Source of the DNA: Octopus sinensis
Lineage: Eukaryota
Length of the DNA: 64,000 nt
Assembly: GCF_006345805.1 (NCBI RefSeq)
Contig: NC_043001.1
Span: forward strand, 72,664,001-72,728,000
Direction: 5' to 3'
The notes beneath the pieces were generated by a model that worked only from the letters and a program-made list of their open reading frames with translations, did not search any database and had not been told where the DNA came from. Positions within the stretch are counted from its first letter, which is position 1; every line of letters starts with the position of its first letter. A program made the position numbers and the translations under genes. This document shows positions 1-14,593 of the stretch, piece by piece.

Positions 1-799
1 TTTTAAACTAATGGTTTGTCAAGTTTATTCACATTAAATTTGCAATTTACTGGATTAAACTTTATTTTTTACTTACAACTTCTGCCGTTTACTCACGCGC
101 CAAGGACTTGTGGGACAGTTTTACCTCACTGATTTGGTCTGTGTACATTACTGCTTACTTAAACCCCTCTATTATCGCCTACGGCCATGATGCCTCTCCC
201 ACTTCAGCCTCTTATTTGGTGTGAATGACTGCTTTTACTGCGACCTTATTGTTTACTCTCCCCCCCACCACCACCACCATTATCGCCGACGATCATAATG
301 CCTCCTTTTCACGATCATTTCCCTTAATGACATTATGTCAATGGTCTGCCAATAAGGGGTGAACTGCGAACATGACTTTTGACCTATGCGCGTGAACACT
401 ATTGATTGCCCACTGTAATGAGCCTGTCCAATTAATTCTTTGAGTGAATTTCATTGGTGGAACACGGTTCATTTGATCATGCCAATGTCAAATCGTAATT
501 ATTGATGCGCTTTTGTGCATATCTGATACGTGCTTCGGCTTACGACGTACATTATTGCTTTAACTTAATACTTTCTGTTGAAACTTTTCGTTGTCTTCAT
601 ACTCAGTTAAGCTAATTCCTTCATACTGTTGAGCCTGCCAGTTTTTAGCTTATGTGTCGTTAAAAAATATTGTATTCAGTGTCTTTGTATCCACATAGCT
701 AACTGTCTGTCCCTGCTTCTGGCCTTTTTTTTTTAATAATACGTTTAGTAGGTTCACTTTTTATACATCGTGCCAAATAGTTTTTCAGTGTCCCCTTTT

Positions 800-1452
800 G
801 CCCGTTTTTTAAAACTCACAATTTAAACATAGTCCAATACTATCGCCATGCCAGCTAAGAAAGAACGCGCCTTCGTCGTAAAACAGAGTATTCTTCGGCT
901 GCCAAAAGAAGAAGGGTGAGCAATGTTTCTCTGTCGGATGCCACAGAGTCGGAAGCAAACCAGATCTATTCGTAGTTTCCACTAATGGCAAAACGAAAAA
1001 TGTGGTCTAAAGAGAGGTGTTGTAGGCACTTCACGCGCCAACTGCTTTCAAATTCGCAAACCTGGGTGCCTCCACTACACCAGTGTGGCGCCGTGAGTGC
1101 TACTGTAGTCATGCTTACAAAGTTCCTCAACCATGTTTCTTTTCCTTTGTCCAACCTAGGTTTGTCATCTGTTTTCACATAGTTTCACATTTCACAGCAA
1201 CAGTTACTGCTGTGAGAACGACAAAAAAGCCATTTTCAGGGCTACTTCACCCGTGATTGTTACACCATCTGAGAACGCATTAAAACTCTTCTCAGGACTT
1301 CGTATCAAATTGTTACCACTTGGCTTCAGCGGTACCCGGCGACCAATTTTGTTACAATTTAGAGTTAACATTATTTATGACATAGGGAATTTACTAAGTA
1401 TCAAAAACATTGTAGTATTTGAATCCCGAGCAACGCCGGGTACTTCTTTTAG
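800..1452 (+). mobile_element. Probable non-autonomous Helitron fragment (3' end)
   Basis: Subterminal hairpin CCCG-AGCAACGC-CGGG at ~1425-1440 followed ~10 nt later by TTAGT, a variant of the Helitron CTAG|T end. The 5' boundary is uncertain. Confidence 0.4.
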
Positions 1453-2775
1453 TCTTTCAAATAAGATTTAGCTCTTTACTTTTCATAGATTATTTTATAT
1501 TTTAAGTATATATTTAAACTGTCTTCGGGAAACCGGAAAATCCTGATATCTGGACCACTTCCAGTCCCAACTTGCCGGATATTTGGTTCGGTACCTGACC
1601 TGGTTTTTAAAATTGAGGAATGAGTAAAGAGGCAGGTAGAGTTGGGATGTCACATACCTTCCTATACACTGGTGCCGCAATACTTAAATTGTCAAACTAC
1701 GAGTGTCACAAACAGAGATATTAACCACAGTGTCGATACTTAGATCATCGTCAACTTTGTGGTATGATGTGGACATGTAGTGAATATCAAATTGGCTAGG
1801 AATGATGTCGGTGAGAAGGGCCTTCGTGAATATACAAGATATCTAAATTATATCTCATTGAAGCAACAGGTGGAAATACCATAAGATTAATCGTGCAAAA
1901 CAGAAAGTTTAAAACGGTTACTTCTGATGGCTTTCTGCTCAGAAGTAATTGAGTAGTAGGGGAAGTGAGAGAACAACAGAGCAAGCAATAACACTGTTGC
2001 CCTTCTCTGATGGTCACAGACCAGCTGTGAAAGCTGCTAGTTCAATAGCAACATCTGTAACTATCGAATAGCGGAGAAGACTGGAGCAACTTAGAAGAGC
2101 ACAACACGCTTACCATGAAGTCTTTTTTGCTCTCTATTTTGCTCTCTATGTTTCTTATTTAGAATATAAATATCATAGTGTTTGATACTTTAGACAAGAT
2201 CATTTTAAGTTTCTTGCACTAAGAATATAATACCGTTATTTATTTTACAAAGCAGAATTCCACTTTACCATCTACTAATATTCAGTAAACTATTCTTTTG
2301 TACCTACTGTATGTTACTGATTTGGACGTTTACTGTTTTAACTTTTATCGCTACTAATATGGCCGCCAATATTATCACGTGACATCATCATTATCAGCAC
2401 CATCACTATCGCATGTTAAAATAATACAATGCTGAATGTATGGGCAACAGAATACAAACATGCAAACTAAATATGAAAAAAGTAATAAGTAAACTAAGAA
2501 AATGTTTATACTTTTAAACCACTTGTAATTCTCTTAACATCGTTTGCTTCTGGCTTTAATAAACGAAATGTTAGACTAACGAGTTACTCCCTTGGGCTGG
2601 AAACTCTTGTCTATTTATATGAGAAATATCAAATAAAACTATACAAGAATGTTTTGATCTCTGTCTTCTTGTATACTATTTAAAGTTGGAAGACCAGGAA
2701 GAAAAATATAAAATTCTTTGCGAAGAAATTTTTATACAAGTATGTAATTTTTTTTAATACAAGGAACAGGCTATA

Positions 2776-2961
<186 letters not shown>

Positions 2962-3764
2962 CCCCGACATACGATGCATCTTATCGCAAAATGATATTTC
3001 TTTATGACTGAGTGGGCTGTTTCTGTTTCTGCTTTTTCTAACTTTTTCGAAAGTTTTTTGCACAAAGTGGTTCTGTAAGTAACTGAATTGTGCTCCACCT
3101 ACACAAGCATAAATACTTTTAAAGGGACGTAATCAGAGAGAGAGGGGAGAAATAGAGGAAAAGACAGGTGGGGAAAGAGAGAGACTGACAGACAGATCAC
3201 AGACAGATAGACAGACAAACAGGCAGGCAAGCAGACAGACAGCCTGACAAACAGGCAAGCTGACAGGCAGACAGACGAAGGAAAACAGTTAGAAATTTGA
3301 GTTTGAATAGCAGTCATTTTATCTGGATGACTAACAACAATACCACCTCCTCCATTAACACAACAATCATCATCATCAACGTCATCTTCATTACCGTCAT
3401 CGTATCGTCATCATCGGCGTCGTCATCATCATCATCGTTATCATCGTCGTCGTCGTCATCGTCGTCATCACCATCATTCCCCTCGTCCTCGTGTATCAGC
3501 GTTTATCATCAACAGTATTAGTAACGGTGATGATGAATATGATGATGATGATGATGATGATGATGACAACGACGGCAGCGAACGGAAAATGAATAAATAT
3601 TCTGATAAAAGATAACATATTTACGTTTATGATGCTCACTTTAATAAAGAAACCATTTACCTTTGTTGATACTACCTCTGATAAACCGTGAAGACTGAAG
3701 CTATATTCTGACCGTTTGTTTTGTTTTTGAATAAAAATATAAACAGTTCTACAAAACCATATGT

Positions 3765-3940
3765 TTGTATGTATGTATGTATGTATGTATGTATGTATGT
3801 ATGTATGTATGTATGTATGTATGTTCGTTCGTATGTATGTTTGTATGTATGTACAAACACACACATATGTATGCACCTATGTATGTATACATGCTAACAA
3901 CAACCTTATACTCTCCTCTCTCTCTCGCTCTCTCTCTCTT

Positions 3941-3986
<46 letters not shown>

Positions 3987-4005
3987 CACACACACACACA
4001 CACAT
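3765..4005. repeat. (TATG)n, (CT)n, (CA)n compound microsatellite
   Basis: Direct reading. Confidence 0.95.
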
Positions 4006-5154
4006 CGCTTATTTGACAGCCATCAATGTAGCTCATAACTGCTATGTTTTTAGATTGCAAATGGCGGTTCGAAAAGATAGCGATATTAAATGGCGTTGTG
4101 TAGAAACGTTATCAGTTAGCATATTTCAAGCCGCGTGATCTAACATCAGTGTTTTAGCAATGTCCTCATTAGAGGACGTTTATAATGCTCTCTCTTTCTC
4201 TCTCGCTTGTTCTCTTTTTCTCTCTACCTTCCACTCTCTCTCTCTCTCTCATATGGCGGAGTTATGAAATAACAGATTTTGTATGCACAAATATTCTAAG
4301 TGTTTGACCAGTTTACAGACGCTAAATGTGTGCACCTTATAAAAGGACTGAGTTTTCATTTTTAACCATAAGAGATTCTTATAAGGATTCCATTCAATCT
4401 TTTTTGATCTTCTCAAAACAAAATGAAAATCACATTTTTTTCCTTTTCTACGAACTTTTTGAAATCCTCTAGAAAAGTCAAAGTTATTAACTACCCTCTT
4501 TTTTCTAATCCCCTTCCTCTCAAATATATATATAAAGATAGATAAATAGATAGATAGATATCAAGAGAGAGAGAGAGATACAATATCAATATATGCGTAT
4601 CACTATATGCGTATATATACAGAGACCAACAATGCTGTTGTTTTCTACTATGGCTTCTTTTAGATGAACACACAACATTTTCCCTTCAGCTGTTATTTTC
4701 TTCTTCATATAATTCCTATTGAACACCGATACCTATCTCATCAATCACATCAATATATCCACCACATCTTGAAAAAGGACATCAAGCGACATCTATCTAC
4801 AGTAATGTACCTAAAGCTTATTTCAAACTGCTACCCTACAACGGTTTTTCTCCTCTATTTTAATATATTTCTGGTAGTGTTTCCCTGAGAGATGTCGAGA
4901 ACTTCATTTTATGCGGTCTTCATGTCTTTTCTTTTAGGCATAATCCTGAATAAAGCGAAATTTTACTTTGAACTTGGTCATCGATTATTTATGCTTTTAA
5001 GAAGCTGGTGATGTAAAGACTATCGTCTGGATATCGTATACCCTTCTTTTTTGTTTTACAATTCTATTTTCTTCTATTTTCTATTTTCTTCTCGTAATTC
5101 TTTTGAATTTTTCGTTCATGCTTTGCGCGTTCTCTTTCTTTCTTTGTGTAAGTA

Positions 5155-5791
<637 letters not shown>

Positions 5792-5796
5792 TGGAT

Positions 5797-6015
5797 GTGG
5801 AGGCGCATGGCTTAGTGGTTAGAGTGTTGGACTAATGATCGTAATATTGTGGTTTCGATTTGTGGATCGAGAGACGTGTTATGTTCTTGAGCAAAACATT
5901 TCATTTCACGTTGCGCCATTCCACTCAGCTAGCAAAAATGAGTAATCCTGCAACGGACCGGCATCCTGTCCATGTGGGGAACGTAATGCTATGAAAACCG
6001 GAAAGGATTCTGGTT
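5797..6015 (+). mobile_element. tRNA-derived SINE, family C
   Basis: A-box-like TGGCTTAGTGG and B-box-like GTTTCGATT; same body at 22514-22775 and 59566-59890. Confidence 0.8.
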
Positions 6016-6029
6016 GTATAATTGTAAAG

Positions 6030-7405
6030 AGCAGCTTCTAGTAAATCGAGTCATTATAGAGGACTGTAAGAAGAGAAAGACAATCCTCAACTTGGATTGA
6101 TTACTAAAATGCATTCGACAGTGTTCCACACTCATGGATACTGGAATCTCTCCACACAAATAAAGTAGCTCCAATACTATTAATATATATCAACCATGAA
6201 ACCCAGTATAACACTGAAAAATGAATCACAAGTCATTAAAACCTACCCTATATGCATAAGAAGAGGAATCTCTCTTGGAAACTCGTTATCATCCCTGCTT
6301 TTCTGCCTTGCTCTGAACCCACTAACAAACTTGTTAAATGACGCGACATGGATTACAGATGCTACGAGCAAACAATAAATCATCTCCTATGCATAGATGA
6401 CTTTAAAAAATTTTCACTAAAAGTATTATGGAAAAGAAAACTTGTCCACAGTTTCAGATATTGGGATAAGCATGGAGCTAGACAAATGTGCCAACGTGAC
6501 ATTGAGAAGAGACAAATTAAGCACCACTGAAGACGCTGTAGTCGACATAGACATAGAAATTATATAATTAGGTCACAATCGCTCATACAAACATCTAGGA
6601 ATAGACGAAAGGCTAAAATACAACACACAGATATGAAAGAAAAAATTAGGAGAGATTATAACGGAAGAGTTAGACTAATATTAAACACTGAATTTTACTG
6701 CTAAAAATAAGATAATAAAGACAAACACACTAGCCATATCAGTCATAAATTACAGCTTCAACAATAAACTGGAAGATCAGTTAATTGAGAAACCTATATG
6801 GAGAAACCAGAAAACTATTAACAGCATACCAAAGTCACTACCTAAAGTAGACACAGACAGGATATATCTACCCCGCTCAGAAGGAGGTCTGACACAGATA
6901 GAGAACTACTATAAAATAACAAAACTTGTATTAGAAAAGTACTTAGAAGCAAAAAGTGGAAGACCACTACATGTAAATACATCAACACAGAAAAAGAAAA
7001 GCGCTTTTCTGTAATCACAAGGAGGCGACAAAATACAAAACAGAAACAAACTGCACTGATCCACTGATTGCAGATGACAAAATAGCAGAAATGATCAAAG
7101 AGACAAAAAACAACACGAAAACAGAATTACAAAACATACTAGAGAAGAAATGGAGATAAAAAAATCACTTTATGGCCTGCAAGGTTTGACAGAGAAGTGC
7201 GCCTAAGTAAAAGCCAGCGATGGCTCAAAAGCTCTGGACTTAAAAGAGAAACAGGACTGATTATCGCTGCACAGGACCAACACCTGACAACAAACAACTA
7301 TAAAAGCAAAATAAGGAAAACAGGCACTAACACTAAATGCAGAATGTGCAGCCACTACAATAAGACAGGTGACTACATCATCTCTGACTGTCCATCACTG
7401 AATTG
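6030..7405 (+). mobile_element. Decayed R4/Dong-type non-LTR retrotransposon (RT to CCHC zinc finger)
   Basis: Peptides RRGISLGNSLSSLLFCLALNPL, INHLLCIDDFK, SQRWLKSSGLKRETGLIIAAQDQ, KCRMCSHYNKTGDYIISDC; many stops and frameshifts. Confidence 0.88.
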
Positions 7406-7924
7406 TTAGTTAACCCTGTAGTTGTTGGTCATTTTTTGCGAAGTGCTTTAAATCATCCATGTAAATGAGATGATTTATATTTTTATCAAACATTTTATAG
7501 CCGTATTGTACATCGTCGAGCAATGTCGAGAGAGGCATTAAGGCTAGACAAAAGAGGAGTGGTGATAGAGAGTCACCTTGGAAAATGTCACATAAAATTC
7601 TTATATCTCCAGGATTAAGAGATTCATTGTCACTGTTCAAAGTCATGATCTCATTCTTAGAGACAAGCAGTTTTGCAGAGTAGGTGCTATTTCATACATT
7701 TCCAGACATTTCTTAATCTAGCTATGCGTTTTTATAGTCTATCCAGGCTATCGACAAGTTTTTTTGTCGTTTGTGACAATCTTCCAAGATCATCTTATTG
7801 ATGATTAGCTGATCTTTACAACTGTAGGACCCACGTTTACATCCTTTTTCTCACTAGGGAATATGCCACTTTCTATTAAAAAACTATAGGTATATTCAGA
7901 CAAGACAAATATTAGTATTTTATA

Positions 7925-7925
<1 letters not shown>
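7406..7925 (-). mobile_element. R4/Dong-type RT fragment
   Basis: IFQGDSLSPLLFCLALMPL and NHLIYMDDLK motifs; 5' side abuts (TAA)n. Confidence 0.9.
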
Positions 7926-7987
<62 letters not shown>

Positions 7988-8019
7988 CATCATCATCATC
8001 ATCATCATCATCATTATCA

Positions 8020-8220
8020 AGGAAGCGACCTAGCGGCATCGTTAGCACGCCGGGCAAAAATGTTTAGCGTTATTTCGTCTGTCGTTACGTTCTGAGTTGA
8101 AATTCCGCCAAAGTTCATTTTGCCTTTCATCCTTTCGGGGTCGATAAATTAAGTACTAGTGAAACACTGGAGTCGATGTAATCGACTATCTCCCTCCCTC
8201 AAATTTCAGGCCTTGTACCC
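8020..8220 (+). mobile_element. tRNA-derived SINE, family A (central GCCTTTCATCCTTTCGGGGTCGATAAA, Meta-domain-like)
   Basis: Many near-identical copies in the window; tRNA-like head with GAGTTCAAATTC B-box. Confidence 0.85.
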
Positions 8221-8221
8221 A

Positions 8222-8298
<77 letters not shown>

Positions 8299-8299
8299 G

Positions 8300-9163
8300 T
8301 TGTTGTTGTGAGGATAACTTTCAGCTTATTTTGCTTGGTATAATAGAAAGTGTCAACTGTCCACAGCCAGCAGATTAAGGTGACGCTTCTTTACTGGTCA
8401 TACTTCAAGAACCCTGCGAAGAATTCTTGCAGTTCCAAGCAATGCTGATTTTTGTAGATGTTCTACCTTTACAGTTGCACCAATCTCTTTGAGCCATGGT
8501 GCTAGTTGAGTGCTGATACTTCGAAGTGCGCCAATTACTATTGGTATCACGCCTACTTTTACTTATTGACCACAGCTTACGTATTTCCCATTTCAAATCG
8601 TCATAGTTGTTTATTTTTTCTTCTTGTTTTTCGTTGATCTTATTGTCATCGGGACATGCCATGTCGAGCGAGTATCATGCATGTTTTTTATTCACCACAA
8701 TATCCGATTTCCGATGTCTGGTCAGGTGATCGCATTGAATCATTGCAGCCCATAAGATTTTGCAATTCTCATTCTAGGTGACTCCTTCTAGGGTTTTCTG
8801 ATACCACGTCTTTGACCTTTATAGTCCGTGATTTCCACAGAGCTCCTAATGGATCATTCTTGCCACATTGTCATGTCGTCTTTTGTATTTGTGTCGTGCA
8901 AATTTCGGACATTCGCTAACAATGTGCCATACCGTTTCATCCCTCTCACCACACATTCTGCATTTGTCGTTGTTGGTAGTGTTGTCTATTCTGCACTTCA
9001 CATAGTTGGTCCTTAACGCTAGTTCTTGTGTTGCACATATGAGTGCTTCTGCCTCTATCTTCAAGTCATTCCTCCTCAGTCATAACCACCGGTCATCTGT
9101 ATCTTGTCTTCGCGTTCAGATCTCTTGCAAACTGACCGTACATGTTTTTCTCCTTCCATGCTG

Positions 9164-9234
<71 letters not shown>

Positions 9235-9320
9235 ACTTCTTTAAACTTTTCTTTCATTACACAATTCTCAGTTTTGATGACGCCGGCCTTCTTCGTATGT
9301 TTCAACAATGGCTCCACGGC
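8300..9320 (-). mobile_element. 5'-truncated R4/Dong-type LINE (zinc finger, restriction-like endonuclease, 3' UTR)
   Basis: KCRMCGERDETVWHIVSEC, RRHD, PDIVV and D..CP..K..EK..YDDL motifs; flanked by (TAA)n-type tracts on both sides. Confidence 0.92.
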
Positions 9321-9335
9321 ATTATTATTATTATT

Positions 9336-9373
<38 letters not shown>

Positions 9374-9629
9374 TATTGTTATTATTATTATTATTATTGT
9401 TATTATTATTATTCACTGCTGAGTATATAGGACATGTTTTCAAACGCTCCAGCTTGGTGCAGCTTAAAACATTTATTTACACCAGTTTGGTGTATTTTTT
9501 CATTATTTAGTTTGTTCCAAGTTGTCAACAGAAACACCAATAACCTGTCACTGGTTTTCTATGCTTGTTTGGCCCTCCAAATAATTTCGGTGGTCGTTTA
9601 ATTTAATTTTACAAAATAAAACTCAACAA

Positions 9630-9914
9630 GATGGTAGAGCGCGCCTTGAAAGAGTCGAGAAAAAAGAAAACTGCCCCCCCCCCACGAATCTGGTGACTGC
9701 TGAAGATTTTCTTCTCACTTCCCTCCGTTACGAGCAACAATACAGGAGAAGGTGGGGAGGAAGCGAGAGTGGTATAGTACAAAGTCTACCTCGTAATAAC
9801 AGCTGTGAAACATCGACAACAGCAATGGTAGCAGTGAAAGCAACAGCGGTAGCAGTGACAGCACCAGCAGCAGCACCAGCACTACTACTAGTAGTAGTCA
9901 GCACTACTACTACT

Positions 9915-9975
<61 letters not shown>

Positions 9976-12342
9976 CGCAACAACAACAACGCGAAAGACA
10001 GCAATTGCGGCAGCAGCAGCGATGGCAGCATCAACAACAACAGAAGCAAAGGTATCAGCATTGTTGTTGACAGCATCAAAACGAACACTAATAACACGAA
10101 GAAGAACAACGACAACAACAACAGCAGCAGCAACAGCGGTGGCAGCAACAACAACAACATCAACACTTTCGGTACAGCAGCAGCAGCCAAAAGGAGGCTA
10201 CACTTCAGCATGGAAGATGAAAAGTTGGCCCAAGCCTGGAAGCTCATCAAGCAAGACCAAACCTGGACCAACTTAACTGACCCGGCGGAGGCCATCGAAG
10301 CAATAGAGCGAAGAACGGTGCATTTTAGATACATCTCAGCAGAAACGAAGAAAGCGGCTTTTACTGCCCAAGTAGATATTGAAGCTGCGCAGAGATGCAT
10401 CAGGAATGACACCAAGTACTTAGCGAGGGGCAAACAATACGGCACCATTTCGGTGCTGAAGTCAAACCATCCTACTTTCATGGGAAGTAAGTAAACCTTT
10501 CCTCTCTCTTTTTAGCTTGCCAACATGGCCATATTAAGAGTGATAAATTTAAATGTTCGAGGCCTGGATTCGCCTGGATGCAGGGTTGCCTGTGCAACGA
10601 CTTCAGATCTTTAGAATTGGACGTAATTGCTGTCAGCGAGACCGGGATTTCCAGCACCCGAGCACTAGCCGCAATTTCCGACGACCACCAGATCTTTGCA
10701 TCTGTTAGTCAGCCGAGAATGGGAAGGGGAATGGCAGTGATGTTTAGGTAAGAACTGCATCTCGAGGTAAGTTGATGGTCCTGGACGTGAGCAATAGCGA
10801 AAGTGGGACCTTTAGACTGGTGGCCGTCTACACCCCGAGCCAAAGGGGCGGATTTTGTTTTGGCGTCTGGAAACCTTTCTGGGTACGTCTCGTCCTTTAT
10901 TGTTAGTGAAGAACTGAAATGGCATCTTAAATGCACGTTGAGATTATGTAGGAGTAGCTAATAGAAGTGGGATTGCAAAAGCTTCAAGTACCTGATCAGC
11001 CAGTTCCAACGTTGACAGGTATCGACGAGATTTCCCTAATGCACCAGTGTCGACCTGGGTCAACAGCATAGAGTCATCTAGATCGTATATACACAGGATT
11101 TTCTCTAGGAAAATATAGTAATAATGTAGGTTGTCCACACTTTAATACGGTCACCTATTCAGATCACAAGTTCGTAATCAGTACGGTCGACATAGATAAG
11201 AGGCGTAGGTTAGGACCCGGTCACTAGAAGCTGATCATGTTGTTTCCGGCACGTAAGGCTTACAGGGACAGGGTCAGTATAGTCAAACAAAAGTTGACAG
11301 GGGTGGAGTCGACAACGGGTGGTTGTGGGCTCTCAAATGAGAGATAAGAATAATTTCGGTAGGGTTTAACAGAGAAGTAGCGTTAGAAAAAATAGAAAGG
11401 AGGAGAAACTGATAGCTAAGACGAGACTATTTGTTGTAGGTTGCAACCGACATGCTAGCAGCAAGAATGGCATTAGACCAGTTCTTCAATGCGAAACATG
11501 AAGGTTGCATTCTCGGGGCTAAGGTTGGTGCGCTAAGAAACGAGGGGATCAAAGCTGTTCGAAGGGCCGTGGCGGAGGTGCAGCGTGGTAACAAAACCAC
11601 AATTTGGTCTTTGGCAGACCGAGACGGACACTAGCTGAGCGATTACAGGCAGATGTGTGAGGCCCTTCGCCAGCACTTTGATAGGTTATTCGGTGAGAGT
11701 GGCGGGTCTGAGACGGTAGCGGACTTCAGTCCCTATCTTGACGGTTTGCCGCGCCTCTCGACGGTCGACGCTGAGCGCTGCGAAAAGCAAATAACTTCAG
11801 CCGAAATTCAGGATGCCATTGTCGGCTGCACGAGGCGCAAATCACCCGATTTGGATGGTCTACCCTACGAGCTTTACGTAAATATGCCAGATTTATTCTC
11901 TGATCTCGAAGCGCTCTACTGCAACTGACAGCAGAACGTCAGTATTCCCAGTTCAGTGAACCGGAGCGTAGTGACGCTGATAAGGAAAGACGAAAACAAG
12001 AGGGACATATTAGATAACTTCAGGCCCATTACTCTGCTCAACACAGAGTTTAAGATTTTGGCTAAGGTGTTAGTGAAGAGGTTGGGGCATGTCGTCGAGG
12101 ATTTGAACAGATAGCCAGTCGTTTCTCCACACGTGAAACATGAGGCCTTTTGCCATCAGTTATGATATGATTCACCGTTCCGTTGTCACTGAAATGTCTC
12201 TGAAAGGTCAATGAAGCTGTCACTGAAAGGTCGGCGGATGTGGCGAATGCGTACATTGCATCCGTCATCTACCACCTGACCGTCGTGCCTTGCCCCGATT
12301 GCCAAGTTGGAATGCCTTCTCTTCAAATTCTTGTGGAGGGGA
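9630..12342 (+). mobile_element. Decayed L1/Tx1-clade LINE (ORF1 remnant, APE, partial RT)
   Basis: ORF2 start MAILRVINLNVRGL at ~10524, SDH at ~11158, KSPDLDGLPYELY, DNFRPITLLNTEFKILAK, SLKG..VANAYIASVIY; ORF1-like peptide at 10210-10494; internal deletions. Confidence 0.85.
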
Positions 12343-12914
12343 CACAAATTTTCACTAAGACAAAAAATTTTTTTCGTCTTAGTGAAAATTTTGTGGGTGT
12401 TAATATAGAAATTGACCATAATGTTATTTAGCCTCAAATAAACCCTGATACAGCAAACGTATCGTCAAAGATATTCCAGCCTTCAGCAAACCGTCTTTTT
12501 AGGGATAATGTAAGACATTACATACAATGGGCATGTGATTTAGGTAGGGGGAATACTTTGGCTACTATTTTTAGCGTGTCGAGCGACCAAGTAGAGGCTC
12601 TTTCATTGGTTCGATTGCGTGATGAGATTTTTTTACACATATTTGTAATATGTATATATATCATCAGCAGAAGTTAGAGAGTAAGTCAAAAGCTGAGAGT
12701 TTTGTGTATTGGCACTTACCAAACACGAATGAATTTATTCATTGTCACTCTGTAACTTCTGACGAAATAACTTCTAAAAAAAAACAAAATTTTGTCAGAA
12801 ACGTTAGGATTAAACCCTATTCTATGTGACACATTCTACCAGTACCGGAAGTTTGAAAGTGTTAAGTTAAAAAAAAAATTAAATAATCTGTACGTCTAAT
12901 TGAATAGATTCAAA

Positions 12915-13207
12915 ATGGATGAAAGGCAAAGTCGACCTCAGTGGAATGTGAACTCAGAACGTAAAGACAGACGAAATACCGCTTCTAAAATACAAAATTT
13001 TGTCAAAAACGTTAAGAATAAACCCTGTTCTATGTGACGCATTCTACCAGTATCGGAAGTTTGAAAGTGTTTAGTTTAAAAAAATTAATTAAATAATCTG
13101 TACGTCAAAGTCGACCTCGGCGAAATTTGAACTCAAAAATGTAAAGACAGGCGAAATACCATTAAGCATTTCACCCACAACGCTAATGTTTCTTCCAGCT
13201 CACCGCC
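12915..13207 (-). mobile_element. Two family A SINE fragments within a local tandem duplication
   Basis: AAAGTCGACCTC...GAACTCAGAACGTAAAGACAG at ~12928 and ~13107. Confidence 0.7.
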
Positions 13208-14503
13208 TCGGAAAACAGATGTTCATTTTAGAAATATATTCTTTATTCATATTTTTTAAGCGTTACTCCCTTACTTTCTTACTTACTGACATGAAATTTC
13301 GTAACATTTTACCTTATAACTCTTTTTCTACTAATTTTTGTTCAATGAGACTAGAATTCCTCATGCAGTTTTCTATCATTTAAGCCTAAGAAAGGTAAAC
13401 TTTTAATTTAAAATTAAAAAATTCATATTAATTGAAGATTAATATCTGCCCTACTGCCCCCCTCCCTTGAGGTCGCAGATATTTTGATGTGACTTTTTTT
13501 TCTACTAAACCATATCTCAAACTATTTATGCTTAAGTGTAGCTGAGGAAGTGTCCTCTTTAAAACTATTAACAGTTTGCAATTTAGTTGAGAACTGAATT
13601 AGTGGTGAACTTGGAAGCTGCTGCGATTGACGAAATGGTGGACTTAAGAATATATTCAACCACTACCGTGGTTGAATGATAGAATGCACGCATCCATTTC
13701 TAAGTAAGTTTGTTCTTAATATTAATAATGATGCGCACTCTTAACCTTTCTGTCTCCCTCCCTTTCGCAGCCTTCATTATTTCTGGTTTCCTTTTCTTCT
13801 ACCCCTCTCTCTCATTTTTCATTCTTTCTGGTTTTCTCTACAATCATTCCCTTTCTCTTACTCTCCTCCCCCTCTGTCCCGTCGCTGATCAGCGACGAGA
13901 AAACTACTGTCTTTCTGACCTAGCTTCCTTCGAGTGCAAACGGCTTTTCTGTGCCTCCTTGGCCGTTCTCAAAAAAAAAAGCGTTCGTAATATTTTCTCT
14001 CGTTTGGCTTAACAGCCCTCCTTGTCTGTGTTACTGTTATTCTCCTTGTCCTGTCTTTTACTGCTTATATTTTGTACTGTCTTTACTGTCCTGTTTTTGT
14101 TACCATTTTTACCCCTCCGCAAAAAAATCTCAAACTTTATTTAATTTGCTTTTTGCGGGAAGGAATGTTTCACCGAAGTCGTGTCTCGCCTTTACCTTCG
14201 AAAAGCGGAGTAGATGAAACAGAGGCGACTGAAGAAGGGGAATTTTCCTTGTGTTCTATGTCCTGTACTCTGTTTTTTCGTTGTTTAAGAAAAATGTCCA
14301 TTTCCTTTGTTTTGTGTTTATGTTTTCGTTTCTCATTGTGTTCGACGTTTTTTTTTTTGGTGCCCTGTACCCATATATGCACGTATATATATATATGTAG
14401 ATGTAGGTACATACATATATGTATGTATATATGCATATGTTTTATTTATTAATTTGTTATTATACGACAGAACGCACGCATCCATTTCTAAGTAAGTTTG
14501 TTC

Positions 14504-14593
<90 letters not shown>

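Noticed and set aside
5797-5870. tRNA genes at SINE heads (also 21017, 46380, 59154)
   Set aside because: A/B boxes run into SINE bodies and no full cloverleaf is evident
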